64,000 nucleotides of DNA from Methanocaldococcus indicus (lineage in GTDB: Archaea > AGJL01 > Methanococci > Methanococcales > Methanocaldococcaceae), in contig NZ_CP186926.1 in assembly GCF_049554935.1 (NCBI RefSeq), forward strand, positions 512,001 through 576,000. The letters are read 5' to 3'. The notes under the pieces were generated by a model. That model was not told the DNA's origin. It ran no database searches and was given only the letters and a program-made list of their open reading frames with translations. This document shows, in pieces, positions 28,799 to 38,041 of this stretch (within the stretch, counting starts at the first letter, position 1; every line of letters begins with the position of its first letter). A program made the translations under genes and the position numbers.

Positions 28799-31783
28799 AT
28801 GATTGTAGAGAGTATAAGTTTAATGAACTTTAAAAGCCATAAAAGTAGTGAAATTAAATTTAATAAGGGAGTTGTTGTAATAGTTGGAGATAATGGAGCT
28901 GGAAAATCCTCAATATTTGAGGCCTTATATTTTGCACTATTTGGAAAATTACAAGACCAAACAATTGAAGAAATTATAACAAAAGGGAAAAATAGAGTTA
29001 GAGTAGTTGTAGAGTTTAGTGTTAATGGAAATAAATATAAGATTATAAGAGAAAGAGAGAAGAGAGGAAGAAATATTGATTTCTTGTATAAAAATGGGAA
29101 ATTAATTGCAAGAACTGCAAGGGATGTTAATAGAGAAATAGAAAACATTTTGGGAGTTGATAAAGATATATTCTTAAATTCAATTTATATAAAGCAAGGA
29201 GAGATAGCTAAATTTTTGTATGAAACTCCTGCTAGAAGAAAGGAAATGATTGCAAAACTTTTGAATTTAGATAGCTATGAAAAATGCTATGAAAAATTAA
29301 AAGATGTTATAAAAGATTATGAATTAAAGTATAATCAACTAAATGAAAAGATAAAGATTTATGAAAAATATAAAAAAGATTTAGATAATAAAAAAGAGGA
29401 ATTAGATAAACTAAGAAATGAAAAGGAAGATTTAGAAAAAGTAGTAGAAGAAATTAACAAAAAGAAGTTAGAAGTTGAAAATAAACTAAATATTCTTTTA
29501 GAGAAAAAATCAAAATATGAGAAATTTTTAAATAAATTAGAGCTTAGATTTTTAGAAATTGAAAAAAAAGAGGATAAACTAAATAGATACAAAAAAATTT
29601 TAAATGACTATAATTTCTACAACAATGAAACTGAAAAATTAAGACCATATTATAAAGAATATTTGAATATAAAAAATAATTTGAGTAATTTACAAAATGA
29701 ATTAAAAAAATTAGAAAAAGATTATTATGAATATCTAAAACTATATGGAAACTATGAACAACTTTTAAAAGAATATGAAAAATATAAAAATCTTAACTTT
29801 GATGAGAAAAATGTTGAAGATGAAATAAAACATTTAAAAAATAGAAAAGATAATTTACTTGAAATAAAAAACAAAATAATGGAATACAATAACTTAAAAA
29901 CTAAATTAGATGAATATAACAAACATAAGGAAATTTTAGATAAGTTAGAAGATAATTATAATGAATATATAAAAATTAAAGATGAGTTGGAAAACATTTC
30001 AAAAATTAAAGATGAATATATAAAAATATGTGAAAAAGAGAATAACTTAAAAGAAAAATTAAAAGATTTGGAAAGGAAAATAAATGAGCTAAATGATAAA
30101 CTAAAAAATTATAATGAAGAAGAAATAAAAAATAAATTAAAAGAGATAGAAAAACTAAAAGAAGAAAAAGAGATAATACAGAAAGAAATTGAAAACTTAA
30201 AAGCTAAAAAAGGAGCTATTGAAAATGAAATTAAAAATATAAAAAAGATACTAAATGAGTTGAAAGATGTTAAAAATGTATGTCCTTTATGCAAAACTCC
30301 AATAAATGAAGATAAGAAAATAAAACTTATAAAAGAGTATGAAAAAGAGTTAAATAACTATAACAATGAACTAACTAAAATTGAAAATAAGATTAAAGAA
30401 CTAACTAATAAAATTGAATATATAAATAACTATATAAACAAAGAAATTGAGTATATCAATCTTTTAAATACTATTCAAAAGCTAAAAGAGGATATACATA
30501 ACTTAGAAAGTGAAAAAAATAGATTAATTAAAGAATTAGATAATTTAACCAAAGAAAAAGAAAAATATAATATCAATGGAAAAAACATTATTGAGTATAT
30601 AGATGAGTTAAGCAACAAATTAAAAAACTTAGAGGATGATTATAAAAACTATATAACCTCTGAGCAATTTATTAAAAGTGTTGATTTTGATAAAATTAAG
30701 GAAGAATATAATAATTTATATAACTATATTAAGGACTACTTGAATTTAAATATTGATGAAGAAATAAAGAACATTGATAAAAAAATAGAAGAAAAAAATA
30801 ACCTCTTAAATAATATTAGAAGAAAAATTGAAATAGAAAAGGAAATAAGTGAAATTAAAAATAAATTAAATTTATTAAAAGATAATTATAATAAATATTT
30901 AGAAGTTAGAAAGGAGATTGAGAAATTAAATAAAAAACTTGATGAGTTAGAGGAACCTTATAAAGACTATACAAAATACAAAAGTTTATTAGATGAAATA
31001 ATTAGAAACTATGGAAATATAGATAATATAAAAAATAAAATATCTTCTCTTGAGAATGAACTTAATGAACTAAACTTAAAAATAGATGTTATTAAGAAAA
31101 ACTTAGAAAAACACCTATATAGTGAGATTGAAATTGAAAAAGTAAATAAAGAACATGATGAATTAGATAAAATTTATAATAATAAAAAATCTAAATTAGA
31201 CGAAATTAGAGGTAGAATAGAGACTATCAAAAAGGATATTGAAGAATTAGAATCCAAATTAAATGAACTTAACAATCTATACAAAGAAAAAGAAAAATTA
31301 GAAAAATTTATTAACTACCTAAAAAAAGTTAGAGAAATTTTTGGTAAAGATAAGTTCCAAAGATATTTAAGGATGATATATATCCCAACAATTAAAAAAT
31401 ATATGTTTGAAATCTTTGAGAATTTTGACTTAAACTATCCATATATAAATATTGATGAAAACTTTGATATACAACTACAAACACCAACAGGAGATTATCT
31501 ATCATTTAAAAATTTAAGTGGAGGAGAGCAGATAGCTGTTGCTCTATCTTTAAGATTGGCAATTGCTAAGGCATTAGTTAAAAATATTGGTTGTTTAATA
31601 GTTGATGAGCCAACAGTTCATTTAGATGAAGATAGAAGAGCTAAACTAATTGAAATATTTAATAATGTAAAAAATATTCCCCAACTTGTTATTATTTCCC
31701 ACCATAAAGAGATTGAAGACATAGCACACCAAGTAATCCTTGTTGAAAAAATTGGAGGATATTCTAATGTAAGAGTTATTTAA
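28799..31783 (+). CDS. rad50: DNA double-strand break repair ATPase Rad50
   Basis: Walker A GDNGAGKSS, Q-loop, long coiled coil with central CPLC zinc hook, LSGGE, VDEPT. Confidence 0.93.
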   Translation: MIVESISLMNFKSHKSSEIKFNKGVVVIVGDNGAGKSSIFEALYFALFGKLQDQTIEEIITKGKNRVRVVVEFSVNGNKYKIIREREKRGRNIDFLYKNGKLIARTARDVNREIENILGVDKDIFLNSIYIKQGEIAKFLYETPARRKEMIAKLLNLDSYEKCYEKLKDVIKDYELKYNQLNEKIKIYEKYKKDLDNKKEELDKLRNEKEDLEKVVEEINKKKLEVENKLNILLEKKSKYEKFLNKLELRFLEIEKKEDKLNRYKKILNDYNFYNNETEKLRPYYKEYLNIKNNLSNLQNELKKLEKDYYEYLKLYGNYEQLLKEYEKYKNLNFDEKNVEDEIKHLKNRKDNLLEIKNKIMEYNNLKTKLDEYNKHKEILDKLEDNYNEYIKIKDELENISKIKDEYIKICEKENNLKEKLKDLERKINELNDKLKNYNEEEIKNKLKEIEKLKEEKEIIQKEIENLKAKKGAIENEIKNIKKILNELKDVKNVCPLCKTPINEDKKIKLIKEYEKELNNYNNELTKIENKIKELTNKIEYINNYINKEIEYINLLNTIQKLKEDIHNLESEKNRLIKELDNLTKEKEKYNINGKNIIEYIDELSNKLKNLEDDYKNYITSEQFIKSVDFDKIKEEYNNLYNYIKDYLNLNIDEEIKNIDKKIEEKNNLLNNIRRKIEIEKEISEIKNKLNLLKDNYNKYLEVRKEIEKLNKKLDELEEPYKDYTKYKSLLDEIIRNYGNIDNIKNKISSLENELNELNLKIDVIKKNLEKHLYSEIEIEKVNKEHDELDKIYNNKKSKLDEIRGRIETIKKDIEELESKLNELNNLYKEKEKLEKFINYLKKVREIFGKDKFQRYLRMIYIPTIKKYMFEIFENFDLNYPYINIDENFDIQLQTPTGDYLSFKNLSGGEQIAVALSLRLAIAKALVKNIGCLIVDEPTVHLDEDRRAKLIEIFNNVKNIPQLVIISHHKEIEDIAHQVILVEKIGGYSNVRVI

Positions 31784-31788
31784 GTTAC

Positions 31789-32679
31789 TTAAATTTTTGT
31801 TATAAAGTCCCAGAAAGATTTTACTGCACTTGGGTTTTTTGTTTTTTTATTTTTAACTAAATATAAATTCCTAACAAGTTCTAAATCTTTTATTGGGACT
31901 ATTTTTACTAATCCTGCATTTTCAGCTTTTTTTGCTGGAATCTCTGATATTACACTCACTCCATAACCTTCTGAAACAGCTGTTATAACAGCTGAACTAC
32001 TTCCCAACTTCATAATAACATTTAAATCCATCTCTGAATAGCCTTTTTCATTTAAAGCTTTAATAAATATTTCTCTTGTTCCAGAACCTTCCTCTCTATC
32101 TATAAAGTCCTCTTTTAAAATATCTTCAATAGTTGCATATCCTTTTTTAGCTAATTCATGGTTAGGAGGAACTATCAACACTAACCTATCCTTCCCAATT
32201 ACTGTATATTCATAACTATCATCTAATAGATAACCAACAGCAGCTATATCAGCAAGACCTTCATTTAAAGCTTTAAAACATTTTTTAGAATCTTCAATAG
32301 TTATCTCAAATTTTACATTAGGATATTTTTCAATATACTCCTTTATTAATGATGGTAAAATATGTTCTCCTGGTGTTGTTGAAGCATAAACTCTTATAAC
32401 TCCTTCTGGATTTGAATACATTGATTTCATTAACATTTTAGCTTCATTTAACAATTCCAAAATTTTTTTACTTCTTTCATATAATATCTCTCCCTCTGGT
32501 GTAAGCTCAACTCCTTCTGGAGTTCTTAAAAATAATTGAACATCAAAATATTTCTCTAAAGCAGATATATGATTACTTACAGTCCCTTGAGTAATGTTTA
32601 GCTGTTTAGCAGCTTTTGAGAAACTTTTTGTTTCACTTGCTACGATAAATGTTTTAAAATAGCTAATCTTAGGGTCCAT
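31789..32679 (-). CDS. hrsM: LysR-family regulator, selenium-metabolism-associated (HrsM-like)
   Basis: SFSKAAKQLNITQGTVSNHISALE HTH; ASTTPGEHILP; REEGSGTR. Confidence 0.75.
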   Translation of the reverse strand: MDPKISYFKTFIVASETKSFSKAAKQLNITQGTVSNHISALEKYFDVQLFLRTPEGVELTPEGEILYERSKKILELLNEAKMLMKSMYSNPEGVIRVYASTTPGEHILPSLIKEYIEKYPNVKFEITIEDSKKCFKALNEGLADIAAVGYLLDDSYEYTVIGKDRLVLIVPPNHELAKKGYATIEDILKEDFIDREEGSGTREIFIKALNEKGYSEMDLNVIMKLGSSSAVITAVSEGYGVSVISEIPAKKAENAGLVKIVPIKDLELVRNLYLVKNKKTKNPSAVKSFWDFITKI

Positions 32680-32784
32680 AATTTCTCACCAAGAAAATTA
32701 ATAACTATTAGGAAATTTAATAGAGCTTATATATAAAATTAATTGTCACATTTGTTATCCTATTTTAAAATTATGACGATTTTA

Positions 32785-32809
32785 GTATTCCTTCATCAAT
32801 AAGGATTAC
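32785..32809. promoter_or_regulatory. Imperfect inverted repeat in the divergent LysR/fprA intergenic region
   Basis: GTA-T-TCCTT-CATCAAT-AAGGA-T-TAC. Confidence 0.35.
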
Positions 32810-32904
32810 AAAAATCAAACCGATATTATAATATACCAATCAACTTAAGAATATATTAACGTAAATTTTAAAAAAGAAAAAAATTGTAATTAAAAGGTGA
32901 AAAT

Positions 32905-34143
32905 ATGAAAGCAGATGCAATAAAAATAGCTGACAGAGTATATTGGGTTGGAGTTTTAGATTGGGATATAAGAAAGTACCATGGATATACATTAAAAGGA
33001 ACTACCTACAACGCATACTTAGTATTTGGAGATGACAAAGTTGCTATTATTGACAATACATATCCAGGAACATCTGCACAAATGTGGGGAAGAATAAAAG
33101 ATGCATTTGAAAAAGAAGGTAGAGATTTAAAAATTGATGTTATAGTACAAAACCATGTTGAAAAAGACCACTCAGGAGCTTTACCAGAGTTACACAAAAA
33201 ATTCCCAGATGCTCCAATATACTGTACAGAAGTAGCTGTTGAAGGTTTGAAAAAGCACTATCCATCATTAGCAAATGCACCATTTAAAGTAGTTAAAAGC
33301 TTAGATAGTGTAGATTTAGGAGGAGCTACATTAACATTCTTAGAAGCTCCATTATTACACTGGCCAGATTCAATGTTCACCTTCTATGCAGAAGAAGGAA
33401 TTTTATTCTCAAATGATGCATTTGGACAACACTTATGTTTCCCAGCTCACATGAGATTTGATAAAGATATTCCAGAATATGTCTTAATGGATGCTAATAA
33501 AAAGTTCTATGCAAACTTAATAACTCCATTATCCAAATTAGTATTAAAGAAATTTGAAGAAGTTACTAACTTAGGATTATTAGAAAAAATAAAAATGATA
33601 GCTCCATCACATGGACAAATCTGGACAGACCCAATGAAAGTTATTAAAGCATATCAAGACTTTGCTACTGGAAAAGCTGCTAAGGATAAAGCAGTTATCA
33701 TCTATGACACAATGCACTACTCAACACAAAAAATGGCACATGCTTATGCAGAAGGTTTAATGAGTGAAGGAATAGAAGTAGTAATGTACTTCTTACACTA
33801 TGATGAAAGAAGTGAAATAGTTAAAGATATATTAGATGCAAAAGCTGTCTTATTTGGAACACCAACAATCTATGATGAACCATATCCATCATTAGGAGAT
33901 ATTATCTACTATTTAAGAGGATTGAAATTTAACAGAACAGGATTCAAGAGATTAGCATTAGTCTTTGGTTCAATGGGAGGTAATGGAGGAGGAGTTGATA
34001 TATTAGCAGAAGAAGTTGCAAAATGTGGATTTGAAGTAGTTGATAAAAATGAGTTATACTATGTCCCAACAGAAGATGAATTAACAAACTGCTACATGCA
34101 AGGTAAAGAATTAGGTAAAAAAATTAAAGAAATGAAAATCTAA
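32905..34143 (+). CDS. fprA: Flavodiiron protein / F420H2 oxidase
   Basis: [38 protein letters not shown]-terminal flavodoxin domain. Confidence 0.93.
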   Translation: MKADAIKIADRVYWVGVLDWDIRKYHGYTLKGTTYNAYLVFGDDKVAIIDNTYPGTSAQMWGRIKDAFEKEGRDLKIDVIVQNHVEKDHSGALPELHKKFPDAPIYCTEVAVEGLKKHYPSLANAPFKVVKSLDSVDLGGATLTFLEAPLLHWPDSMFTFYAEEGILFSNDAFGQHLCFPAHMRFDKDIPEYVLMDANKKFYANLITPLSKLVLKKFEEVTNLGLLEKIKMIAPSHGQIWTDPMKVIKAYQDFATGKAAKDKAVIIYDTMHYSTQKMAHAYAEGLMSEGIEVVMYFLHYDERSEIVKDILDAKAVLFGTPTIYDEPYPSLGDIIYYLRGLKFNRTGFKRLALVFGSMGGNGGGVDILAEEVAKCGFEVVDKNELYYVPTEDELTNCYMQGKELGKKIKEMKI

Positions 34144-34176
34144 ATTATTTTAATTTTCAAGAAAATTATTCATAAA

Positions 34177-34213
34177 TTTTTTTAACTATCTATTTTTTTA
34201 TCTATTTTTATTT
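34177..34213 (+). terminator. Oligo-T archaeal terminator candidate after fprA
   Basis: Successive T7/T7/T5 runs (TTTTTTTAACTATCTATTTTTTTATCTATTTTT). Confidence 0.45.
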
Positions 34214-34364
34214 CTAATAAAATTAAAATTCAGTATTATTATATCTTATTTTTACTGTCCATTACTTATTACAAATTATACAATACAGTATTAACACTTA
34301 TTAAGATTTATAAAGTTTAGTATTATTTATTATATCATTCTCATACTTAAACTCAATAAATAGT

Positions 34365-34372
34365 TTTATATA
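34365..34372 (+). promoter_or_regulatory. TATA box candidate for the nitrate operon
   Basis: TTTATATA preceded by purine-rich AATAAATAG. Confidence 0.5.
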
Positions 34373-34389
34373 CTATATTTATAATTATA

Positions 34390-34403
34390 GGTAATAGCTT
34401 TCC
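34390..34403. promoter_or_regulatory. NrpR-like nitrogen operator 1
   Basis: GGTA-ATAGCT-TTCC, one mismatch to GGAA-N6-TTCC, within TATAGG...CCTATA palindrome. Confidence 0.7.
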
Positions 34404-34481
34404 TATATCCTTATGTTATATGTTTTAAATTTTTACAAAATTGTAGGAAATGGGTATCCTATAACATAGGAAATAGGAAGG
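34398..34481 (+). repeat. Long inverted repeat in narK leader (arms 34398-34420 and 34460-34481)
   Basis: CTTTCCTATATCCTTATGTTATA pairs with TATAACATAGGAAATAGGAAGG with one bulge, one mismatch and one G-U. Confidence 0.75.
34446..34459. promoter_or_regulatory. NrpR-like nitrogen operator 2
   Basis: GGAA-ATGGGT-ATCC, one mismatch to GGAA-N6-TTCC, flanked TA...TA. Confidence 0.7.
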
Positions 34482-34488
34482 TGGTAAT

Positions 34489-35949
34489 ATGAATTTAAAA
34501 AATCAAAAAAAAGAAAAAGAAAAAAAAGTTAAAAAAGTAGATATAATTAAGGCTTTAAAAAGTGGAGATATAAAAACACTAATAGCTTCTTTATTATACT
34601 TTGATACAGGATTTATGGTGTGGTTGCTATTTGGACCAGCTTTGGGGTTATTCATAGCTCAAGAGCTTGGATTATCTCCAGCTGAAAAAGGGTTTATGGT
34701 TGCTGTTCCTATCTTAGCAGCTGCTTTATTTAGAATTCCATTTGGGTATATGTATCAAGCAATTGATGGAAAATATATAGCCCTAGCAGGAATTTTGTTA
34801 TCTGCTTTACCAATTTTATATGTTAATTTATTCCCAATTGACTATACCACACTACTTGTATTAGGTGCTTTTTTAGGAATTGGTGGAGCAAGTTTTGCAA
34901 TTGCTTTACCTATGGCTGGAAGTAATTATCCAAAACAGTATCAAGGTTTAGTTTTAGGACTTGCAGCTGCTGGTAATTTAGGAGCAATGATGGATGGTAT
35001 GGTTTTTCCACCATTAGCAGAGATGTATGGATGGAGAAAAGCAGCTTTAGTTGCATTATTGTTTTTAGCTATTTCATTTATTCTATGTTGGAAATGGATT
35101 AAAGACAGTTCTCCAAAAAAACCAGAATTAAAAATAAAATCAATTTTAAACTTTGTAATAACTTTTGTATCATTTATTGTTGTTACATTACTGTTGTATA
35201 GTGGTGTAATTGGTATAAGTGGAAAGTTTGGACTCTTACTCCTTCCAATAATAGTTTGGATTATTTCAATAGCACTATTGTCCTCAGATTATAGAAATGC
35301 ACTTAAAAAGAAAGACCCTTGGGTATTTATGCTATTCTATGCCCTAACATTTGGAGGATTCGTAGGGATGTCTGGTTCAGTTGCATTTATAATAAATAGT
35401 CAGTATGGTTTTGACCCTGTATTAGCAGGATTAACTATGGCATTACTTTCATTTACAGGTGCATTAATTAGACCTATTGGTGGATGGATTTCAGATATAA
35501 TAGGAGGAGTTAGAGTTTTATTAGCAGTATTTTTAACAATAGCATTTTGTGATTTAGTTTTAGGAATATTTATTCCTCCTGCAATTATTGGAATACCATT
35601 ATTATGGTTATTATTTGCAGCATTTGGTTTAGGTAATGGAGCAGTATTCCAATTAGTTCCACTAAGATGGCCAAGAGCAACAGGTATGGCAACAGGATTA
35701 ATTGGAGCTGCAGGAGGAATAGGAGGATTTTACTTATCTTCAACTATGGGATTAGCTAAAGAATTAACAGGTAGTTATGGGCCAGGATATATAATCTTTG
35801 GAATATTAGCATTATTAGCATTTGGAATACTCTATTTACTTAGAAATGAATATATGGAGTGGGGATTTGTTAAACATCATGAAGAAGAAATTTTTGAGTC
35901 TAATAAGTTAGATACAAATGTAGTTTTACAATATCAATCTAAAAGATAA
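34489..35949 (+). CDS. narK: MFS nitrate/nitrite transporter (NarK/NasA type)
   Basis: LYFDTGFMVWLLFGP, FRIPFG, GIGGASFA, FYALTFGGFVG, IRPIGGWISD, GLGNGAVFQLVP, GAAGGIGGF nitrate-signature motifs. Confidence 0.92.
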   Translation: MNLKNQKKEKEKKVKKVDIIKALKSGDIKTLIASLLYFDTGFMVWLLFGPALGLFIAQELGLSPAEKGFMVAVPILAAALFRIPFGYMYQAIDGKYIALAGILLSALPILYVNLFPIDYTTLLVLGAFLGIGGASFAIALPMAGSNYPKQYQGLVLGLAAAGNLGAMMDGMVFPPLAEMYGWRKAALVALLFLAISFILCWKWIKDSSPKKPELKIKSILNFVITFVSFIVVTLLLYSGVIGISGKFGLLLLPIIVWIISIALLSSDYRNALKKKDPWVFMLFYALTFGGFVGMSGSVAFIINSQYGFDPVLAGLTMALLSFTGALIRPIGGWISDIIGGVRVLLAVFLTIAFCDLVLGIFIPPAIIGIPLLWLLFAAFGLGNGAVFQLVPLRWPRATGMATGLIGAAGGIGGFYLSSTMGLAKELTGSYGPGYIIFGILALLAFGILYLLRNEYMEWGFVKHHEEEIFESNKLDTNVVLQYQSKR

Positions 35950-36037
35950 CTCTAAATTCATATAACTCATTTTTCATAATATCTTTTTTATTTAAATTAT
36001 TATTTTGAGAAGAATAAATTTTTAAGGTGATGTTTTT

Positions 36038-38041
36038 ATGATAAAAACACAATGTCCTTACTGTGGATGTGGCTGTGGATTAATTATTGAGAAAAAAAAT
36101 GGAGAAATAAAAATTAAAGGAAATAGAGAACATCCTGCAAGTAAAGGTAGTATATGTATAAAAGCTGTTAAATTACCTAAAACCTTAGATAAGAATAGAT
36201 TAGATAAGGTATTATATAGAGAGTCAAAAAATGAAGATTTTAGAGAAATTAGTTGGGATTCAGCTTATGAAATATTAAAAGAAAAACTAACTAATCTATC
36301 TCCTAATGAAATCTATTTTTATATCTCTGGCCAGTTATTGACAGAAGAAATGTATGTTATAAACAAGTTTGTAAAAGGATTCTTAAAAACTAACAATATT
36401 GATTCTAATTCAAGATTGTGTGTTGCAAGTGCAGTAACAGCATACAAAATGGCTTTTGGTTCTGATGGACTACCAGGATGTAATGATGACATAGATGATG
36501 CAGATTGTTTTATCTTTGTTGGTTCTAATGCTGCTATTGCTCATCCAGGAATTTTTAGAAGAATTATAAAAAAGAAAGATAAAGAAATTGTTGTTATTGA
36601 TTTTAGATATACTGAAACGGCCAAATATGCTGACAAATGGATTCCAATAAAAGCAGGAACAGATGTAGCTCTTTTTAATTCAATACTCTATATTCTATAT
36701 AAAGAGAACAAAATATACTGGAATTTTATAAAAAAATATACTGATGGATTTGACAAAGTTTTGGAAGTCATAAAAAATTATCCACCTGAAAAAGTTGCCA
36801 AGTTGTGTGAAATTTCTGAGGAAGACATATACTATTTAGCTAATCTTTATGCAAATAAAAAGAAAGTTCTTACTTTTTGGAGTATGGGTATTAATCAATC
36901 TACAAATGGAACAATGAAAGCTCTTTCAATAATCAATGTGCATCTTGCAACAGGAAGATTAAATGATAGAGGTTGTCCTTTTTCTCTAACTGGACAATCT
37001 AATGCAATGGGAGGTAGGGAAGTAGGATATCTATCTAATGGACTACCAGGTTTTAGAGATGTTAGGAACAAAGAGGATAGAGAATTTGTAGAAAAATTTT
37101 GGGGTATTGAAGCTGGCTCAATCAAAGATAAACCTGGATTATCAATAACAGAAGCAGTAGATAAAATTTTAGATGGAGAAATAAAATTTATTTGGATTGT
37201 TTGCACAAATCCAGCAGTTTCTATGGCTAATTTAAATAAATTTATAAAGGCCTTAAAAAAAGAGGATGTATTTGTTGTAGTTCAGGATGCATACTTTACA
37301 GATACTGTTAAGTTGGCCAATCTTGCTCTTCCAGCTGCTCAATGGGGAGAAAAAGATGGTGTTATGACAGGAGGAGATAGAGTAGTTACATACTGCCAAA
37401 AATTTAGAGAAACAAAATATAAGCCTGATTGGAAAATTTTTGCTGAATTAGCTAAAAAAATGGGATTTGAAAAATACTTTAACTATAAATCTGCAAGAGA
37501 CATTTTTGAAGAATTCAAAAAACTTACAAAAGGTAGAATGTGTGACATATCTAATTTTAGTTATGAAGATTTACCTAAAAGATGGGGAAATAAACACCTA
37601 TATAAAGATTTAAAGTTTAAAACAGAAAATAAAAAAGCCAAATTTATACCAACTGAATTTAAAGAGCCAGAAGACTGGAATAAAGAAGGATTTATAATCT
37701 CAACAGGTAGGTTAAAAAAGCATTGGCACACTATGACAAGGACTATCCATATTAAAGAATTTTTAGATGAAATAGAGCCAATAGTTGAAATAAATAAAAA
37801 AGATGCCAAAGAATTAGGACTAAATGAAGGAGATATAGTTAAATTGGTGTCTGAAAGAGGAGAAATAATAAGAAAAGTGAAATTTGCAAATATAAAACCG
37901 AAACATTTATTTACCCCATTTGGATATAATAGGAACGTAACAAAGTATCAAACAAACCAGATAACAACTGATAAGTCAGACCCATATTCAAAAGAACCAG
38001 AGTTGAAATTTAGTAAGGTGAAAATATGGAATGGAAATTAA
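36038..38041 (+). CDS. narB: Assimilatory nitrate reductase, NarB type (Mo/W-bis-PGD, one 4Fe-4S)
   Basis: CPYCGCGC...C cluster, SGQLLTEE, DSNSRLC metal ligand, WSMGINQS, SLTGQSNAMGGREVG, TGR...HWHTMTRT; no signal peptide. Confidence 0.9.
   Translation: MIKTQCPYCGCGCGLIIEKKNGEIKIKGNREHPASKGSICIKAVKLPKTLDKNRLDKVLYRESKNEDFREISWDSAYEILKEKLTNLSPNEIYFYISGQLLTEEMYVINKFVKGFLKTNNIDSNSRLCVASAVTAYKMAFGSDGLPGCNDDIDDADCFIFVGSNAAIAHPGIFRRIIKKKDKEIVVIDFRYTETAKYADKWIPIKAGTDVALFNSILYILYKENKIYWNFIKKYTDGFDKVLEVIKNYPPEKVAKLCEISEEDIYYLANLYANKKKVLTFWSMGINQSTNGTMKALSIINVHLATGRLNDRGCPFSLTGQSNAMGGREVGYLSNGLPGFRDVRNKEDREFVEKFWGIEAGSIKDKPGLSITEAVDKILDGEIKFIWIVCTNPAVSMANLNKFIKALKKEDVFVVVQDAYFTDTVKLANLALPAAQWGEKDGVMTGGDRVVTYCQKFRETKYKPDWKIFAELAKKMGFEKYFNYKSARDIFEEFKKLTKGRMCDISNFSYEDLPKRWGNKHLYKDLKFKTENKKAKFIPTEFKEPEDWNKEGFIISTGRLKKHWHTMTRTIHIKEFLDEIEPIVEINKKDAKELGLNEGDIVKLVSERGEIIRKVKFANIKPKHLFTPFGYNRNVTKYQTNQITTDKSDPYSKEPELKFSKVKIWNGN

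Noticed and set aside
28729-30294. Minus-strand ORFs (139, 77 and 61 aa) inside rad50
   Set aside because: Antisense shadows of Lys/Glu-rich coding sequence
29300-31300. Low-complexity A-rich DNA suggesting tandem repeats
   Set aside because: Explained by Rad50 coiled-coil Lys/Glu/Asn codons
36038-38041. Formate dehydrogenase alpha subunit call for the molybdopterin enzyme
   Set aside because: Lacks the Cys/Sec-His pair and RGQNN motif; has the nitrate-reductase GQxNAMG motif and sits beside a nitrate porter
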